Shown here piece by piece: positions 16,216 through 24,505 of a stretch of 32,000 bases of DNA. Source of the stretch: Erysipelotrichaceae bacterium (GTDB taxonomy: Bacteria > Bacillota_I > Bacilli_A > Erysipelotrichales > Erysipelotrichaceae); NCBI GenBank assembly GCA_030604855.1, contig JAUVVC010000005.1, positions 60,001-92,000 of the forward strand, read 5' to 3'. Each line of letters opens with the position of its first letter. The first letter of the stretch is position 1. Under the pieces are notes generated by a model. It was not told the origin of the DNA, did not search any database, and saw only the letters and a list, made by a program, of their open reading frames with translations. A program made the position numbers and the translations under genes.

Positions 16216-17504
16216 TGCATCCATTAAAGGACCTATTAAATGAGCGGGCTATAAGGGATGTCAAAGGCATCGTATCGATCTGTACTGCAAATCCATGGGT
16301 GTTGAAGGCTTGCTTCAGTTTTTATAAAGACATTAAGAGTCCTTTGGTCATCGAAGCGACCGCGAATCAGGTCAATCAAGATGGTGGCTACACCGGTATG
16401 ATACCTGAAACTTTTAAGAACTTTGTTTATGATTTGGCGAAGGAAGCTGATTTTCCCTTGGAAAGATTATTCTTAGGGGGGGATCACTTAGGTCCTTTGA
16501 CATGGTCTTTTCTCAATGAAAAGGAAGCCTTGGAAAAATCCAAAGTTTTGGTTCGAGATTATGTCTTAGCGGGTTTCACCAAAATCCACTTGGACACCAG
16601 CATGCGTTTAGCCGATGATTCTAAGACGGAAATGTTAAGCACAGATGTAATCGCACAAAGAGGGATCACTCTTCTTCAGGTTTGTGAAGATGCCTATCAA
16701 GAACGACTAAAAACAGTACCGGATGCCCTTCAACCCGTATACATCATCGGATCCGAAGTCCCAATTCCTGGGGGAGCTCAGGAAGAAGAAGGTATTGAAG
16801 TCACCAAAGTCGAGGATTTCAAACATACAGTTCAAGTCTACCGCAAACATATGGAAGATAAGGGCTTATTGAATGTATGGGATCGTGTTTTGGCAGTGGT
16901 CGTGCAACCCGGTGTTGAGTTTGGGGATGCCAGTGTGCATGAGTACGATCGCATCAAAGCAAACAACTTGGTCTCAAGTTTGAAGGATGTGTCTGGTTTG
17001 GTCTTTGAAGGACATTCCACGGATTATCAAACCCGTTTTGGTTTGAAAGAGATGGTTGAAGATGGCATCGCCATTCTCAAAGTGGGACCTGCCTTGACCT
17101 TTGCCTTACGCGAAGGTTTGTATGCTTTGGCGTATATGGAAAAAGCACTGATGGATGAAGCATCACAATCGAAGTTCATGGAAATATTGGACGATGTCAT
17201 GTTGGACAATCCAAATAATTGGAAGAAACATTATCATGGCAGTGAACATGAACTTACATTCAAACGTCATTACAGTTTCTCCGATCGCAGCCGTTACTAC
17301 ATGCCGGATCATAGGATTGAGCAGGCAATCGAAGTGATGATGAAGAATTTAAACGATATTCCTTTGTCTTTGTTGAGTCAGTTCATGCCGATTCAATATC
17401 GTAAGGTTCGTGAGGGCTTATTGAAAAAAGATCCCGAGCTTTTGGCTCAGGATGTCGTACATGAATTATTAAAAGATTATCGTTATGCCGTTGAAGGGGT
17501 TTGA
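16215..17504 (+). CDS. kbaZ: GatZ/KbaZ-family protein (tagatose-bisphosphate aldolase accessory subunit / tagatose-6-P epimerase-like)
   Basis: 429 aa. N-terminal GIVSICTANPWVLKA...EATANQVNQDGGYTGM matches the GatZ/KbaZ family pattern. Confidence 0.85.
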   Translation: MHPLKDLLNERAIRDVKGIVSICTANPWVLKACFSFYKDIKSPLVIEATANQVNQDGGYTGMIPETFKNFVYDLAKEADFPLERLFLGGDHLGPLTWSFLNEKEALEKSKVLVRDYVLAGFTKIHLDTSMRLADDSKTEMLSTDVIAQRGITLLQVCEDAYQERLKTVPDALQPVYIIGSEVPIPGGAQEEEGIEVTKVEDFKHTVQVYRKHMEDKGLLNVWDRVLAVVVQPGVEFGDASVHEYDRIKANNLVSSLKDVSGLVFEGHSTDYQTRFGLKEMVEDGIAILKVGPALTFALREGLYALAYMEKALMDEASQSKFMEILDDVMLDNPNNWKKHYHGSEHELTFKRHYSFSDRSRYYMPDHRIEQAIEVMMKNLNDIPLSLLSQFMPIQYRKVREGLLKKDPELLAQDVVHELLKDYRYAVEGV

Positions 17505-17514
17505 CCCCTTTTTT
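17494..17514 (+). terminator. Terminator of the agaS operon, embedded in both convergent gene ends
   Basis: AAGGGGT-ttg-ACCCCTT followed by TTTT. The kbaZ stop sits in the loop, and the AraC stop at 17513-17515 lies in the T-run. Confidence 0.7.
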
Positions 17515-18670
17515 AATTGGCAATGGATTTGGCATATTCACTGGGGGAGACACCGTATTCCAATTTGAACTTGCGCGAGAAGTAATGGATCGATGCGAAA
17601 CCCAGCATGTCGCTGACCTCACTCACCGTACGGGCGGAATTCTTAAGCAGGATCTTGCTTTGTTCGAGTTTGATGTTATTTATGTAATGTTTCGGAGAGA
17701 CATTGAGATTGCGTTTGAATAAGGCTTGTAAGGATGAGCGTGAAATGGCGAACTTGTTGCAGATCTCTTGAATGGTGAGGGAGCTGTGGATGTGGTTCTT
17801 GATGTATTGAACCAATTCGGTCATGAGTTCATCCTCATAATGTTGTTGCATGGGATTGAGATTTTGTGCCATATCCAACTCATTAGTCTCATCCATGGCA
17901 AAAATGATCAACAATTTTAACAAACCCAACAACAACTCATTGATGTGTTCCCAGTTCTCATTCGAGAGATGCATAAACGTACTTAAGGTTTGGATCATGT
18001 TCTTGCTGCAGGGGATGACACGATTGGCAAGCTTAGATGGATCCATATCCTTGAGATCGAACATGATGGTCATGTAGGAACAAGTACTGCTGGGGGTCGT
18101 GTGTTGGGTATGGAACTGATTCGGGGCATAGAAAAACATCGAACGTGTGGGCAAGACATAGTCTTCATCCCCCACGGTTGTGATGAGTTCGCCGGTATCG
18201 ATGAAGGTCATTTCCCAGTAAGGGTGCTGCTCGCCTTCAAATTGGTAATTATTGCCTTTGGTTGAGTAGTAATATGCATAGATTTCCTGGAGCTTGATGC
18301 TGGAAGTGATCGTTTTCGAGCCAAATACAGGGATTTTGATCTTCGTGTTGTTCGCATGCATGTGAACATACATCGAGACGCTTCCGGTTTGGGAAAGGGC
18401 GACGAAATTGAAATGAACCCCAGGCTTGATCTTTAGAATCTTATGGATCGCAAAGAGCTCAGGCTCGTTGCCTAGTTCATCGAGAAAGACGACACCGATG
18501 ATACCGCTTTCAACTTTGATGTAGACAGAACGATCGTAGACATAGAGCTCATCGATGCTTTTCTTCTTGATGGATCGCTTTGTGCTATGGTAGTGCTGAA
18601 CTTGCATGGGTAGCGTTCTAAGGACATCCCCGTATTTAGCACATTGGATTGAGGTGGTTTTCTTATGCAT
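17513..18670 (-). CDS. AraC/XylS-family transcriptional regulator
   Basis: The C-terminus has a double HTH (LTIQEICNKFAISRSSLQALFK...VSEVSDMLGFASIHYFSRKFK). The N-terminal region is a cupin-like sensor with an extra ~100 aa. Confidence 0.85.
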   Translation of the reverse strand: MHKKTTSIQCAKYGDVLRTLPMQVQHYHSTKRSIKKKSIDELYVYDRSVYIKVESGIIGVVFLDELGNEPELFAIHKILKIKPGVHFNFVALSQTGSVSMYVHMHANNTKIKIPVFGSKTITSSIKLQEIYAYYYSTKGNNYQFEGEQHPYWEMTFIDTGELITTVGDEDYVLPTRSMFFYAPNQFHTQHTTPSSTCSYMTIMFDLKDMDPSKLANRVIPCSKNMIQTLSTFMHLSNENWEHINELLLGLLKLLIIFAMDETNELDMAQNLNPMQQHYEDELMTELVQYIKNHIHSSLTIQEICNKFAISRSSLQALFKRNLNVSPKHYINNIKLEQSKILLKNSARTVSEVSDMLGFASIHYFSRKFKLEYGVSPSEYAKSIAN

Positions 18671-18720
18671 AGGCCTCCAATGTATTTGTGTTTATTTGAT
18701 TTATATTTTAATTCTATAAC

Positions 18721-18753
18721 GAAAAATACAAATAGTATAGGAAAAAGTACAAA
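18721..18753. promoter_or_regulatory. Direct repeats, candidate AraC-type activator site
   Basis: GAAAAATACAAA (starting at 18721) and GAAAAAGTACAAA (starting at 18741) are exactly 20 bp apart. They end about 21 nt upstream of a TATATT -10 (18775-18780) that has no -35. Confidence 0.4.
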
Positions 18754-18789
18754 GCAATTACCACCCCCATCGTCTATATTGTAGGTAGA

Positions 18790-18801
18790 GATAGCGCTAT
18801 C
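18790..18801. promoter_or_regulatory. cre-like palindrome (candidate CcpA site)
   Basis: GATAGCGCTATC is a perfect 12-bp palindrome. The 14-mer aGATAGCGCTATCa has 2 mismatches to TGWAANCGNTNWCA. It lies just downstream of the candidate -10 of the EIIB operon. Confidence 0.4.
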
Positions 18802-18828
18802 AAGTGCTCTTTAGAAGGGAGAAATGTT

Positions 18829-19308
18829 GTGCCAAATATCGTTTTAACACGTATCGACAATCGACTGATCCATGGGCAGGTCGCAACCCAATGGGCATCG
18901 AGCGTCAATGGGAATTTGATTCTCGTTGCGAATGACAAGGTAGCCAATGATACTTTTAGGCAGAGTCTCATGGATATGGCTGCACCAAGTTTCTGTCAGA
19001 CGCGCTATTTTACGTTAGAGAAGACCATCAACGTGATCCACAAAGCCAGTGATGCTCAAAAGATCATCATCATGTGCGATTCTCCAGAAGATGTTCTGAC
19101 TTTGGTTGAAGGTGGTGTTCCGATTAAGAAAGTCAATATCGGAAACATGCATATGGCTGAAGGCAAACGCCAAGTCGCAACGGTTGTTGCCGTTGACGAT
19201 AAGGATGTGGACGCATTTAAGAAGTTGGTGGAATTGGGGGTTGAACTTGAAATCCGAAAGGTTCCAAGTGAGTCATCCGAAGATGTTCAGAAGTTATTTA
19301 AAAAATAA
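18829..19308 (+). CDS. PTS mannose/sorbose-family EIIB component
   Basis: NIVLTRIDNRLIHGQVATQW active-site His motif. GTG start with SD AGAAGGGAGA. Confidence 0.9.
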   Translation: MPNIVLTRIDNRLIHGQVATQWASSVNGNLILVANDKVANDTFRQSLMDMAAPSFCQTRYFTLEKTINVIHKASDAQKIIIMCDSPEDVLTLVEGGVPIKKVNIGNMHMAEGKRQVATVVAVDDKDVDAFKKLVELGVELEIRKVPSESSEDVQKLFKK

Positions 19309-19323
19309 AGGAGATGAAAGAAA

Positions 19324-20118
19324 ATGACATTTAGTTTCTTGCAAATCGTACTCGTAATGGTCGTCACGTTCATCGCCGCAATTGATCAGTTCTCCTTTTT
19401 AGAATCATTGTATCAACCAATCGTAATGGGTCCAGTTGTTGGAGCCATCTTGGGTGATATGAATACTGGCTTGATCGTCGGTGGTTCATATCAATTGATG
19501 ATGATCGGGAGTATGCCGGTCGGCGGTGCGCAACCACCAAACAGTGTAATCGGTGGCATTATGGCAACGGTCTTCGCCATTTCAATGAAGATCACAGATC
19601 CTCAAGCAGCGCTTGGTTTATCCATTCCGTTCGCATTGTTGGGTCAATATTCCGTTATCCTCGTCTTTACAATCACTTCGCCATTAATGGCTAAAGCAGA
19701 TGAATATGCTGCGAAAGCAGATACCGACGCAATTGAACGTTTGAATTACTTCACAATGGCAATGTTGGGCTTATTCTTCTCATTGGTCGTCTTCGCTGGT
19801 TTGATGTTCGGTCAAGCAATCGGGGAAACCTTGACGACTGCTCTACCTGCATGGGTTTGGAATGGTTTAAAAGCTGCGGGTGGTATGATGCGTTTCGTTG
19901 GGTTCGCTGTCCTTTTGAAGGTCATGATGTCCAACGAATACTGGGGCTTCTATTTCGCTGGTTTCGCTTTGGCGACCATCGTCGACAAATCTGGTTTAGG
20001 GGGTCAGGCTTTGGCTTTGATCGCGTTGATCGGCTTTGCGGTAGCGGTCTATGATTACCAAACCAATGTTAAGATGAAACAATTTGGTAAAAAGGAGGTA
20101 AGTGATGATGGCATCTAA
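19324..20118 (+). CDS. PTS mannose/sorbose-family EIIC component
   Basis: A 264-aa polytopic membrane protein whose position and length match AgaC/ManY-type EIIC. Confidence 0.88.
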   Translation: MTFSFLQIVLVMVVTFIAAIDQFSFLESLYQPIVMGPVVGAILGDMNTGLIVGGSYQLMMIGSMPVGGAQPPNSVIGGIMATVFAISMKITDPQAALGLSIPFALLGQYSVILVFTITSPLMAKADEYAAKADTDAIERLNYFTMAMLGLFFSLVVFAGLMFGQAIGETLTTALPAWVWNGLKAAGGMMRFVGFAVLLKVMMSNEYWGFYFAGFALATIVDKSGLGGQALALIALIGFAVAVYDYQTNVKMKQFGKKEVSDDGI

Positions 20119-20932
20119 TCTTGCAACACAATATCGTGATCTTACACCAGCCAAAGCGCTTGATAAGAAAACATTGAATCAAATGGCATGGCGTTCACTC
20201 TTCTTGCAGGGTTCATTCAACTATGAACGTATGCAGGCTGCTGGATGGCTCTATGGCATTATCCCAGGTTTGAAGAAAGTTCATACGAATAAGGAAGACT
20301 TGTCCTTATCGATGCAACACAATCTTGAGTTCTTTAATACACACCCATTCTTAGTCACCTTCGTAATGGGGATCATTCTATCCTTAGAACAAGAAAAAGC
20401 AGATTTAGCAACCATTCGTGCGGTTCGTGTTGCGGCTATGGGTCCTTTGGGCGGTATCGGGGATGCGATCTTCTGGTTCACCCTCGTTCCAATCGCGGCT
20501 GGTATCAGTGCGAACTTAGCACTTGACGGCAGTATCGCTGGTCCGATCGTCTTCTTATTGATGTTCAACGTTGTTCAATTTGGGGTTCGTTATTGGTTGA
20601 TGCATTGGTCGTATGACCTTGGAACCAAGGCGATCGAAGCCATCACACGTAATGCGAAAGAATTCACACGTGCTGCTTCCATCTTGGGTATCTTGGTTGT
20701 TGGTGCTTTGACTTCGTTATACGGTGGCACAACCATCGCGCTCACCATTCCAAATGGTGAAAGTCCAATCGTATTGCAAACAATCTTAGATGGTATCTTG
20801 CCTAAATTGATTCCTCTTGGATTGACACTTGGTCTCTATTGGTTGATCAAAAACAAGAACTGGTCCGCAGTCAAATGTATCGGCTTGCTACTTGTCCTTG
20901 GTTTGGTCGGTGGATTCCTAGGCATATTCTAA
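20102..20932 (+). CDS. PTS mannose/sorbose-family EIID component
   Basis: WRSLFLQGSFNYERMQAAGW is the EIID hallmark. SD AAAGGAGG is upstream. The probable start is the ATG at 20105 or 20108, while the ORF-track start is a GTG at 20102. Confidence 0.9.
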   Translation: MMMASNLATQYRDLTPAKALDKKTLNQMAWRSLFLQGSFNYERMQAAGWLYGIIPGLKKVHTNKEDLSLSMQHNLEFFNTHPFLVTFVMGIILSLEQEKADLATIRAVRVAAMGPLGGIGDAIFWFTLVPIAAGISANLALDGSIAGPIVFLLMFNVVQFGVRYWLMHWSYDLGTKAIEAITRNAKEFTRAASILGILVVGALTSLYGGTTIALTIPNGESPIVLQTILDGILPKLIPLGLTLGLYWLIKNKNWSAVKCIGLLLVLGLVGGFLGIF

Positions 20933-20957
20933 TTTAGTACAACTCCCTTCTCAAAAA

Positions 20958-20981
20958 GGAATCTCAAACGAGATTCCTTTT
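20958..20981 (+). terminator. Hairpin (partial terminator or attenuator) after EIID
   Basis: GGAATCTC-aaac-GAGATTCC followed by TTTT. Only 14 nt separate it from the next ATG. Confidence 0.55.
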
Positions 20982-20995
20982 GCAGGTAATCACAC

Positions 20996-22228
20996 ATGCG
21001 CTTCGCAATCAAACAAATTGACATCACTCCTACTGAACCCAGTTATCTATCGGGTCAAATCAACCGCATCGTCAAACATACCGAAGTTCTCGATCCGCTC
21101 TATGCCACCATCATTGTGCTGGAGCTGAAGGATCAGATCTTTGCTTTGCTTGGCTTTGATCTTTTGATGTTGGATGAAAGCTTGGTGGATCTGATGCGAA
21201 GCGCTGTTTCCTTATATACAAAGATCCCATATGGACATATTTTTACCATCCCTTCACACACCCACGCGGGTCCTGAAATCTTAGAAGAGGGACTCTTTGG
21301 AATCAAGCTTCAAGATGTCTTACCTGGTTATCGTGAGAGCTTGGTTGAAAGGGTTAAGCAAATCAGTATTGAGGCACTTGATGAGCTTCAAGACGTGCAT
21401 TGTTATTTCACTAAAGTAGAGCTGAAGGATGTGTTTACAAATCGGAACAATCCGAATAAGCCTATTGATCGATACTTACGACTCATCGCATTTAAGAATG
21501 ATCAAAATGCAATCATCGGTTCCTTTGCGAACATTGCTTGTCATCCAACCATCTTGGGACCAGACAATACCGCCATCAGTTCAGACTTCTTTGGGGTTCT
21601 AAGAGACCTCCTCCAAACGTACTATCACTTCCCGGTATTAGTCAGCAATGGAGCGGAAGGGGACATCAGCAATCGTCACACGCGCATCAGCAGTGATATC
21701 CATGAACTGAAACGTGTACGTGTTTTATTGGCCCAACAAGTTCCCTTGAATCTTGAATGGATGCCGATTAAAGATGCGAGTACATTTGTTCAGAGAGATT
21801 TTAAGTTTAAGACATTCCTTCAAAAAGATCGCATGCAGGCAATGATCAATCATAATGATCATTTGCTTCAAAATGAATCCGATCTAGATAAAATCAAACT
21901 ACTCAATGCGAGCAACACTGTTCTCAAAGCCTATCTTTCGCGTCCTACTGAAGGAGAAATCACCATCGAATACTCCATCCTGAAACTCGATCGCTTGATT
22001 GTGTGTTTCTTGCCCATGGAATTTTTCTCCAGTCATTATCTGGACTTAAAAGCAAGGCTTAACAATGAACTCATTCTTGTCGGTTTAAGCAATATCTCCA
22101 TTGGTTATTTGGTGGATAAAGAAGCCTATGGAGAAACCTATGAAGGGATGACCAGTCCTTTGCCTTGGTCAGAGATTGAGCGTTTCCTCAATCAATTGAA
22201 AGTAGATTTGGATGATCTGGATGATTGA
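20996..22228 (+). CDS. Hypothetical cytoplasmic hydrolase with a weak neutral-ceramidase-like N-terminal pattern
   Basis: IDITP...L.GQ...LYATIIVLE...FDLLMLD...IPSHTHAGPE resembles the N-terminal motif order of the neutral/alkaline ceramidase fold. There is no signal peptide. The assignment comes from memory of motifs only. Confidence 0.35.
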   Translation: MRFAIKQIDITPTEPSYLSGQINRIVKHTEVLDPLYATIIVLELKDQIFALLGFDLLMLDESLVDLMRSAVSLYTKIPYGHIFTIPSHTHAGPEILEEGLFGIKLQDVLPGYRESLVERVKQISIEALDELQDVHCYFTKVELKDVFTNRNNPNKPIDRYLRLIAFKNDQNAIIGSFANIACHPTILGPDNTAISSDFFGVLRDLLQTYYHFPVLVSNGAEGDISNRHTRISSDIHELKRVRVLLAQQVPLNLEWMPIKDASTFVQRDFKFKTFLQKDRMQAMINHNDHLLQNESDLDKIKLLNASNTVLKAYLSRPTEGEITIEYSILKLDRLIVCFLPMEFFSSHYLDLKARLNNELILVGLSNISIGYLVDKEAYGETYEGMTSPLPWSEIERFLNQLKVDLDDLDD

Positions 22229-22256
22229 GATGGTACAATGGGAATGAGGTATTTCT

Positions 22257-23036
22257 ATGTTCGAAAAAGTTGAATTTGTTAAAACGTTATTACCCGATAT
22301 CCGAACCTACATCTTGAGTCATCCGATTCAAAACATTGAAGTCAAAGACAATGAGTTTGACAACATTGTTACGGACATCGATGTGACGATTCAGAATCGT
22401 CTAGAGAAAGCTTTAATCGAGAGATATCCCGATACAAGTTTATTTGGTGAGGAAGCGGATGAACATTTGTTCACACCCAAAATGTGGATCATTGATCCAA
22501 TCGACGGAACCAAGAATTTTGTTCGAGCGAAAGCGGATTACACCGTATCCATTGCCTACTATGAAGATCTGAAACCGGTCTTTGGTGTGGTGTACGATGT
22601 CGTGTCGGATGATGTCTATGTGGGGATAACAGGTCAAGGGGCTTGGATGAATGATGTGAAGTTGAATCCACGACCTTCCATTACACTGCGTCAATCGGTC
22701 ATCGATATGAGCCTTAAGACCGTCTATGCCTTGGAAAGAAGACATCATGCGGATGTCTATACCTTATCCAAGAATGTCTTTGCGCATCGTAACCTGGGTT
22801 CCGCATCTTTGAGTTTGTGTAAGATTGCGGCAGGCTTTCATGATATTTATGTGAATATTCATCTCAAACTTTGGGATTATGCGGCAGCACGGATCGTGTT
22901 GAATGAAGTGGGTGGAGTTACGGAGTTTCCGTTTGAAGCTAAACAAGATTTGAATCTGCATTCTGTTTTTCTCTTCTCAAGCAGTCATCCCGATCTTCAC
23001 CAAGAACTCATGAACCTCTTGTTCAAAAAGGAGTAA
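22257..23036 (+). CDS. Inositol monophosphatase-family phosphatase
   Basis: Motifs FGEEA, WIIDPIDGTKNF and WDYAAA. Confidence 0.85.
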   Translation: MFEKVEFVKTLLPDIRTYILSHPIQNIEVKDNEFDNIVTDIDVTIQNRLEKALIERYPDTSLFGEEADEHLFTPKMWIIDPIDGTKNFVRAKADYTVSIAYYEDLKPVFGVVYDVVSDDVYVGITGQGAWMNDVKLNPRPSITLRQSVIDMSLKTVYALERRHHADVYTLSKNVFAHRNLGSASLSLCKIAAGFHDIYVNIHLKLWDYAAARIVLNEVGGVTEFPFEAKQDLNLHSVFLFSSSHPDLHQELMNLLFKKE

Positions 23037-23038
23037 GT

Positions 23039-23779
23039 ATGCATCATCAAAACTATGCCAAGCATTTGATTGATTTGATTGAAAAGGTTTCGACCTCTCA
23101 AAATGAAGCGATTTTAAAAGGGGCAGAGGCTATGGCGAATGCCATTGCGAATAGTCGTGCGGTCTTTGCCTTTGGGGCCTCGCATGCGGGGATGTTGTCA
23201 ATGGAATTGTTCTACCGTACGGGTGGTTTGGTTGTGGTCAACCCCATCTTTGCCCGTGATCTGATGCCGGATATTCGTCCAGCGACCTTGACCTCCGATG
23301 TGGAACGTTTAGCGGACTATGGCAAACTCATCTGTCGCCAATCTCCTTTACAAGCAGGGGATGTGGTCATCGTACATTCGGTATCGGGACGCAACACCGT
23401 TCCCATTGACCTCGCCTTGGAAGCCAAGAAAATGGGTGTGACGGTCATCGTCATCACCAACCTCGCTTATTCGGAACTTGTGACATCACGTCATGCGAGT
23501 GGGAAAAAGCTCATGGATTGCGGCGATATCGTCATTGATAATTGTGGGGAGTTTGAAGACTCCAGCATTACTTTGCCAGGCTTTACCCAGAAGATGGGTC
23601 CGACTTCTACTGTCACCGGTGCCTATATTGTGAATGCGATGGCTTTGGAATGTGCAGCGATCCTCCATGAAAAGGGCATCGAAGTGCCAATCTTCCATAG
23701 TGCCAACATTGATGGTGGGGATGAACATAATCATGCGATGTTGGAAAAGTATAAAGATCGTATCCATTACATGAAATAA
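23039..23779 (+). CDS. SIS-domain protein (UPF0309-like sugar-phosphate isomerase or binding protein)
   Basis: FAFGASHAGMLSMELFYRTGG and HSVSGRN motifs, 246 aa. It starts 3 nt after the IMPase stop. Confidence 0.7.
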   Translation: MHHQNYAKHLIDLIEKVSTSQNEAILKGAEAMANAIANSRAVFAFGASHAGMLSMELFYRTGGLVVVNPIFARDLMPDIRPATLTSDVERLADYGKLICRQSPLQAGDVVIVHSVSGRNTVPIDLALEAKKMGVTVIVITNLAYSELVTSRHASGKKLMDCGDIVIDNCGEFEDSSITLPGFTQKMGPTSTVTGAYIVNAMALECAAILHEKGIEVPIFHSANIDGGDEHNHAMLEKYKDRIHYMK

Positions 23780-23840
23780 CTTGTGAATTAGTACAACATT
23801 TATACAATATTATTATTGATAATGAGAATATCTATTGAAA

Positions 23841-23866
23841 AGTAGATCTAGGGGTCTACTTTTTAT
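23841..23866 (+). terminator. Rho-independent terminator
   Basis: AGTAGATC-tagg-GGTCTACT (one G-U pair) followed by TTTT. Confidence 0.7.
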
Positions 23867-23875
23867 ATTTGAGCA

Positions 23876-23904
23876 TTGAGCTTGACACGAGAACAATCTA
23901 TAAT
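23876..23904 (+). promoter_or_regulatory. Candidate rubrerythrin promoter
   Basis: TTGAGC (23876-23881), 17-nt spacer, TATAAT (23899-23904). Confidence 0.5.
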
Positions 23905-23933
23905 TGATTTAGAGAAATAGGAGAAAATAGACA

Positions 23934-24470
23934 ATGAATCTTAAGGGTACAAAAACTGAAAAGAATCTAGAAGCAGCATTTGCCGGCGAATCGATGGCAC
24001 GTAACAAATATACGTTCTATGCGACGAAGGCACGTGAAGAAGGTATGGAACAGATCGCGGATTTCTTCTTGGAAACAGCACGCAATGAACAGGAACATGC
24101 TTTCTTGTGGTTTAAGTTCTTACATGATGGTCTTCCAACCACAACCGACAACTTAGTGGATGCGGCTGCGGGTGAACATTATGAATGGACGACCATGTAT
24201 GCGGATTTTGCGAAGGATGCGGAAGAAGAAGGTTTTGCAAAGATCGCTTTCTTGATGCGTGAAGTCGGTAAGATCGAAGCACGTCATGAAGCGCGTTACA
24301 ATGATCTTCTTAAGAACATTCAAGATGAAAAAGTCTTTAAGAAAGATGAAAAAGTCGTTTGGGAATGTGATGTCTGTGGTTACCAAGTCGAAGCGGAAGG
24401 TGCACCTCACAAATGTCCTGTTTGTGGCTATGAAAAAGCACACTTCCAAGTGGACGAAAAGAATTATTAG
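23934..24470 (+). CDS. rbr: Rubrerythrin
   Basis: N-terminus [23 protein letters not shown], a diiron four-helix region, and a C-terminal rubredoxin-like CDVCG...CPVCG. Confidence 0.93.
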   Translation: MNLKGTKTEKNLEAAFAGESMARNKYTFYATKAREEGMEQIADFFLETARNEQEHAFLWFKFLHDGLPTTTDNLVDAAAGEHYEWTTMYADFAKDAEEEGFAKIAFLMREVGKIEARHEARYNDLLKNIQDEKVFKKDEKVVWECDVCGYQVEAEGAPHKCPVCGYEKAHFQVDEKNY

Positions 24471-24473
24471 TCA

Positions 24474-24495
24474 AAAGCCTGCAAAGGCTTTTTTT
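24474..24495 (+). terminator. Rho-independent terminator directly abutting the next SD
   Basis: AAAGCCT-gcaa-AGGCTTT followed by TTTT, then AGGAGG and the ATG at 24506. Confidence 0.7.
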
Positions 24496-24505
24496 AGGAG
24501 GTTTC

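Noticed and set aside
23809-23823. ATTATTAtTGATAAT, a Fur-like 7-1-7 element upstream of rubrerythrin.
   Set aside because: The half-sites are in the inverse arrangement relative to TGATAATnATTATCA, with one mismatch. The element lies upstream of the SIS-operon terminator rather than at the rbr promoter (23876-23904). AT-rich chance similarity is likely.
23781-23866. A possible attenuator: TTGTGA-16-TACAAT, a 7-codon mini-ORF (MRISIEK, 23822-23845) and a hairpin.
   Set aside because: The mini-ORF has no SD. The hairpin is explained more simply as the terminator of the upstream operon, and rubrerythrin has its own good promoter downstream.
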